Assembly (NCBI RefSeq): GCF_028435265.1
Contig: NZ_JAGTJK010000012.1
Span: forward strand, 1-38,899
Length of the DNA stretch: 38,899 nt
Origin: Polyangium jinanense
GTDB taxonomy: Bacteria; Myxococcota_A; Polyangia; Polyangiales; Polyangiaceae
Direction of reading: 5' to 3'
Shown here: piece after piece, positions 35,601 through 38,899 of the stretch
Position numbering within the stretch: position 1 is the first letter of the stretch
Layout: the number at the start of each line of letters is the position of its first letter
Translations under genes and position numbers: made by a program
The notes under the pieces: generated by a model
The model's input: the letters and a program-made list of their open reading frames with translations, nothing else
The model's database searches: none
What the model was told of the DNA's origin: nothing

Positions 35601-35818
35601 AGCCGCGGATCCCGGCCGCGATAGACGGTCCCCATCCCGCCTTCGCCGAGGAAATGAATGTCCTCGTACCGTTCCGCGAGGGACGGGGGCACGCTGCGAC
35701 GCTCCGACCGGAGCTCCAAAGGAGGGCCGAGTTCCGTCTGCGCGAGCGCGGGATCGACCAGCACCGTGCTGCTCTCCACGTCGACGTCCACCTCGGGCGA
35801 CGCACGAACGACCCTCAT
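32615..35818 (-). CDS. Ser/Thr protein kinase with single TM and large TPR-like extracytoplasmic/sensor region (1067 aa)
   Basis: Kinase motifs GEGGMGTVYRG, ALK, HRDIKPGNIMV, DFGLAR, SSEQ. TM LATAVSGVLLVAALALAGVWW. About 700 aa helical repeat region (..YALGRGYLALGDPEKAREHLEKAV..). Confidence 0.9.
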   Translation of the reverse strand: MRVVRASPEVDVDVESSTVLVDPALAQTELGPPLELRSERRSVPPSLAERYEDIHFLGEGGMGTVYRGRDPRLGRTVALKLLKGSDPELGRRFLQEARSQAKVQHENVCRIYEAGEADGEPFIAMQYIEGEPLSKMAGQLSLEQRVKLMREVSAAVHEAHRLGLIHRDIKPGNIMVERSADGDIKPYVMDFGLAREVADKGETVTGAVLGTPAFMSSEQAKGDVRALDRRSDVYSLGATLYDVVAERPPFVAPHTWKLLMMVAFEEAPALGKVKKGVPADLETIVMKCLERDPGRRYESARALAEDLQRFLDGEPILARRASVGYVLWKKARKHKLATAVSGVLLVAALALAGVWWKARQQAAAEARIAQELGERVKEMELFLRAAYELPLHDVERERDVVRRKLSAIEERMKEAGRVGEGPGHYALGRGYLALGDPEKAREHLEKAVGAGYRSPELEYALGRTLGELYRRALAKTKRITNAEERKKREAELAAALRAPALGHLRAASGAEIEAPAYVEGLIALYEGKNEEARAKAREAFEQAPWMYEAKKLEADALFAEGSKYRHDAAFDWDKMMLSFGPAAEAYKVAAEMAESDPEVHRAECELWEKMGLAAGALGKPAQIEFGNAEATCARAVQSSSLDGAARVERALALYYRFFTENAQANDADAAQQAVLQAVEEAVRVRPRDAMALYALAATLNVRAARQAARGERVTAEDAIAAFHRVLDVEPRFTWALNELGQTYLIKAEFDRLHGEDPRQLLGSASQRFDQAIEVDPSFTLPMFGKIRAAIYRLVYETEHGLEAQSSVDALSNAVALVEQRSLGGFLPAYYAAKSLRVRAAYELSVGKDPRASIAAGLEKIHAFATPGTETGFLLMEVAELRLLEAEHTLSNRLLPVPELLSVRDRVEKVAEEDTWDIDSHHILARLHLFAARARAVSGEAREQGFDAAAAVLRPLVAKERNDPRPYQMLAEIHAKKAPWLDGHEKSANADVDVGLEFAEKALAIHPHSAQAFVAKGELLLVRARVSRGEDRKKAARAAGEAFVAAIRENPRLAAAHQANIQEAKGME

Positions 35819-36002
35819 TCAACCACCCCTTGCAGGCAGGGCATTCCGAGCAAGAAGCTTACCAGCCGGGCGGGCGGCGCGAAAGCCGTCATCCGCTCGT
35901 CCGTTCCGTCCGCGCCTCGCCTGTTGCTCGACGAAATGTCATGCCCCCGCAACACCGCCTCCCCCCTCCGACATCCAACCCGAGATCGAGGAGGATCTTC
36001 CG

Positions 36003-37655
36003 ATGGAGCGCTGGGACACGATCGTCGTTGGGTCGGGCGCGGGGGGGCTCACGGCTGCGCTCGCGCTCGCGCGCGCGGGGCAGCGGGTGCTCGTCCTCGA
36101 ACAGCATTACTTGCCGGGCGGCTGGACGCACAGCTTCGCGCTCGAAGGGTATCGATTCAGCCCTGGCGTCCATTATATCGGCGAGCTCGGCCCCGGCCAG
36201 TCCGCCCGCGCGCTCTACGAAGGCCTCGGCCTCGGCTCGGACCTCACGTTTCACGAGCTCGCGCCGGACGGCTTCGACCATTTCCTCCTCGGCGGCGAGC
36301 GCTTCGATGTCCCGCGTGGCTTCGATCGCTATTTCGAGCGCCTCGTCTCCCGCTTCCCCCACGAGCGCAAGGGGCTCGCGCGATACTTCGACGTCATCGG
36401 CCGCATTGTCGAGGGCACCCTCCGCTGCGAGGAGCTCCTCGTCTCCCCGCGCGGCGCCCTCGAGCTCCCGTTCCGCTCGAAAGACCTCTTCGTGTGGGGC
36501 CTGCGCACCCAGCACGCCCTCCTCGACAGCACCATTCGCGACCCGCTCCTCCGCGGCATCCTCGCCGCGCAATCGGGCAACCATGGTTTGCCCCCATCGC
36601 GCGTCTCGCTCCCCCTCCATGCCCGCATGATCAACCATTACTACGACGGCGGGTATTATCCGCGCGGCGGCGCCAAACGCATTCCGATGGCCATGATCAA
36701 GGCCCTCCGCAGGCGCGGCGGCGAGATTCGTCTCCGCACCCGGGTCCGCCGCATCCTCGTCGAATCCGGCCGCGCGGCCGGCGTCGAACTCGAATCGGGC
36801 GAGCGTATCGCCTCCCGCGCCGTCGTCTCCAATGCCGACCCCGCGATCACCTTCGGCAAGCTCCTCGAACCGCCGCACGGCGAGCGCGAGCGCCGGAAGA
36901 CCGGCCGCATGGAATACTCCGTCGGCATCCTCAGCGTCTTTTGCGCTACCGACCTCGACCTACCCGCGATGGGCCTCGATTCGGGCAATTACTGGTGTTA
37001 TCGCACCCTCGACGTGAACGGCGTCTACGAGCGCGCCCTCCACGCGCTCCCCCACGGAATCATCGAGGGTCTCTTCCTCACCGTCACCACCCTGAAGGAC
37101 CCCGGCCACGCACCGAAGGGCCACCATACCCTGGAGCTCTTCACGTTCGTCCCGTACGAACCCTTCGAACGCTGGGCCGGCACCGCGGCGGCGCGCCCCG
37201 AGGGATACCGCGACCTCAAGGAGCGCCTCGGCGACGCCCTGATCGCCGCGGCCGAGCGTGTGATCCCCGGACTCGGCAAGAACCTCACCTTCCGCTCCGT
37301 GGGCACGCCCCTCACGAACGATTTTTATTGCGAGACCCACCGCGGCTCGAGTTATGGCACGGCGAAGAGCCCCCTCCAGCTCGGCCCCTTTTCCTTCCCC
37401 ATTCGTTCCAGTGTCCCCGGCCTTTACAGCGTCGGCGCGAGCACGCTCAGCCATGGCGTCGCGGGCGCGGCCACCTCCGGCCTCTTCGCGGCCCGTGACA
37501 TCCTCGGCGTCCGCCACATCGCAGACCTCCTCGCCCCGCCCGACGGCTCGCTCCAGATCGTCCCGGCCGCCGAGCTCGCGCCCGCCTCCAGGACCCGCGT
37601 ACACGCGCCCGCCGCGGCGCACGACGACGACACCGAGGACGCCCTCGCTTCCTGA
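36003..37655 (+). CDS. FAD/NAD(P)-binding oxidoreductase, phytoene desaturase (CrtI)-like family
   Basis: N-terminal dinucleotide fold DTIVVGSGAGGLTAALALARAGQRVLVLEQHYLPGGW. 550 aa. GAGGAGGA upstream of ATG 36003. Divergent from the kinase gene. Confidence 0.85.
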   Translation: MERWDTIVVGSGAGGLTAALALARAGQRVLVLEQHYLPGGWTHSFALEGYRFSPGVHYIGELGPGQSARALYEGLGLGSDLTFHELAPDGFDHFLLGGERFDVPRGFDRYFERLVSRFPHERKGLARYFDVIGRIVEGTLRCEELLVSPRGALELPFRSKDLFVWGLRTQHALLDSTIRDPLLRGILAAQSGNHGLPPSRVSLPLHARMINHYYDGGYYPRGGAKRIPMAMIKALRRRGGEIRLRTRVRRILVESGRAAGVELESGERIASRAVVSNADPAITFGKLLEPPHGERERRKTGRMEYSVGILSVFCATDLDLPAMGLDSGNYWCYRTLDVNGVYERALHALPHGIIEGLFLTVTTLKDPGHAPKGHHTLELFTFVPYEPFERWAGTAAARPEGYRDLKERLGDALIAAAERVIPGLGKNLTFRSVGTPLTNDFYCETHRGSSYGTAKSPLQLGPFSFPIRSSVPGLYSVGASTLSHGVAGAATSGLFAARDILGVRHIADLLAPPDGSLQIVPAAELAPASRTRVHAPAAAHDDDTEDALAS

Positions 37656-37700
37656 GCGACGACAAACCCCCTTTCCCGCGCCCACCCTTTCCGCTATCGA

Positions 37701-38315
37701 ATGGGCGCGCCGATGCCCGATCCCCGCCCTGCCTGGTCGCTTTTCCTCGACGTCCTCCGTGGCCCGCGCGCCGCCATGGCGGGCGTCGCGGCGCGCGCGG
37801 ACGCGCGGGAAGGGCGGGCGGCGATGCTCGTGCTCGGCGCCTTGCACACCGCGTTTTCCCTTCTCCTTTTCCTTTCGGGCCATGCGCCGAGGTTTGGCCT
37901 GCCGGGGCTCGGGCGGGAGCGGCATTACCTCGTCCAGGCCCTCCTCGCCGTGCCGCTTTACCTCGTCCTCTGGCGCGTCGGCGGCGGCATCACGCATGCC
38001 ATCGCGCGCCGCGCATCCCCGCCGGGCGGGGAGGGGAGCCGGCAGGATGCGTCGCTCGCGGTATTCGGCGTGGCGTATGCCGTGCCGATGACGCTCCTCT
38101 TCATCGTGCCCGATATCGCCGTCTATTTCGCCCTCGGCTTTTCGGCCATCGGAAAGGCCATGCGGTATTACGCGCCGCTCGCCGCGGCCTCTTGCCTCGC
38201 GCTCGGCACGATGGGTTTGTCACGGGCGCACCATCTCCGCACGCGGACGGCCCTCCTCGCCACGCTCGTCGGATTCGTGGCGCAGGCCCTTCTCGGCGCA
38301 TTTTTCCTGCGGTAG
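37701..38315 (+). CDS. Hypothetical integral membrane protein (about 200 aa, 4-5 predicted TM segments)
   Basis: Hydrophobic spans AAMLVLGALHTAFSLLLFLSG, YLVQALLAVPLYLVLW, LAVFGVAYAVPMTLLFIVPDIAVYFALGF, LAAASCLALGTMGL, ALLATLVGFVAQALLGAFFL. Start ambiguous (ATG 37701 or 37713). Confidence 0.5.
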   Translation: MGAPMPDPRPAWSLFLDVLRGPRAAMAGVAARADAREGRAAMLVLGALHTAFSLLLFLSGHAPRFGLPGLGRERHYLVQALLAVPLYLVLWRVGGGITHAIARRASPPGGEGSRQDASLAVFGVAYAVPMTLLFIVPDIAVYFALGFSAIGKAMRYYAPLAAASCLALGTMGLSRAHHLRTRTALLATLVGFVAQALLGAFFLR

Positions 38316-38322
38316 GAGCGAT

Positions 38323-38899
38323 CGTGGACGCCTCGGAAACACTCGTCATCCTCGGCTGTGGTTTTACGGGAACGTTCGCCGCCAAGCAGGCCCTCGCCGC
38401 GGGGATCCGCGTCGTGGGCACGACCCGCTCCCCCGAGCGCGCCGCCGCCTTGTCACGGCTCGGCGTCGACGTCCGCCTCGTGCCCCGCCTCGACGAAGCC
38501 CTCGTCGCGCCGCTCCTCCGCGAGGACACGCGCGTCCTCGTCACATACCCGCCCGACGACGCGACCGACGCCGCCCTCTTGCCCCTTCTCTCCCGCGCCG
38601 CGTCTGCGGTCTACATCTCCTCGACCGGCGTGTATGGCAGCGCCGCGGGCCGGATCGACGAGGAAACTCCGGTGGATCCCCGTGAACCTCGCGCCGCCGC
38701 CCGCCTCCGGGCCGAGGCCCTCGTGCGCGCGGCCGGCGGGATCGTCCTCCGCGCGGCGGCCATTTACGGCCCGGGTCGGGGCCTACACGTCCGGCTCGCG
38801 CGGGGCGAACACAAGATCGCCGAAGGCGGCCACGCCGTCATCAGCCGCATCCACGTGGAGGACCTCGCGCGCCTCGCCCTCGCCGCGCTCGCGCGTGCT
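38323..38899 (+). CDS. NAD(P)-binding Rossmann-fold protein (epimerase/dehydratase or NmrA-like), 3' end outside window
   Basis: GTG 38323 with AGGAG 5 nt upstream. LVILGCGFTGTFAAKQALAAGIRVVGTTR is a GxGxxG dinucleotide-binding motif. Open to the window end. Confidence 0.55.

Noticed and set aside
35441-37498. 685-aa plus-strand ORF in a different frame from the oxidoreductase
   Set aside because: Arg/Pro-rich. Overlaps the kinase gene start and the clearly Rossmann-fold oxidoreductase frame.

Overview
High-GC (about 70%) myxobacterial-type chromosomal window. The first 13.8 kb is the conserved translation/transcription core, all on the + strand: tuf (3' part), rpmG, tRNA-Trp(CCA), secE, nusG, rplK, rplA, rplJ, rplL, rpoB, rpoC, closed by a clear intrinsic terminator. 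Downstream is an accessory-like region. It holds a four-domain signalling protein (MshEN, degenerate HD-GYP, REC, DUF4388), a secreted MYXO-CTERM-anchored protein, panB, a minus-strand DUF58/BatA-like vWA/Cys-rich lipoprotein operon, and several small lipoprotein genes, one of which has a duplicated 5' leader fragment. The most striking feature is a candidate sigma-54 regulatory module. It consists of a Ser/Thr kinase and a sigma-54 enhancer-binding protein (GAFTGA motif), followed by two secreted-lipoprotein genes. One of these is an astacin-like metzincin fused to a 7-blade Ca-binding propeller; the other is a Cys-rich lipoprotein of unknown function. Each lipoprotein gene is preceded by a roughly 100-bp paralogous double-dyad element and a near-consensus -24/-12 sigma-54 promoter. 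The window continues with a large TPR-containing Ser/Thr kinase on the minus strand, a CrtI-family FAD oxidoreductase, a membrane protein and a partial NAD-binding protein. Many long ORFs in the six-frame track are antisense or off-frame artefacts of the high GC content and were rejected.
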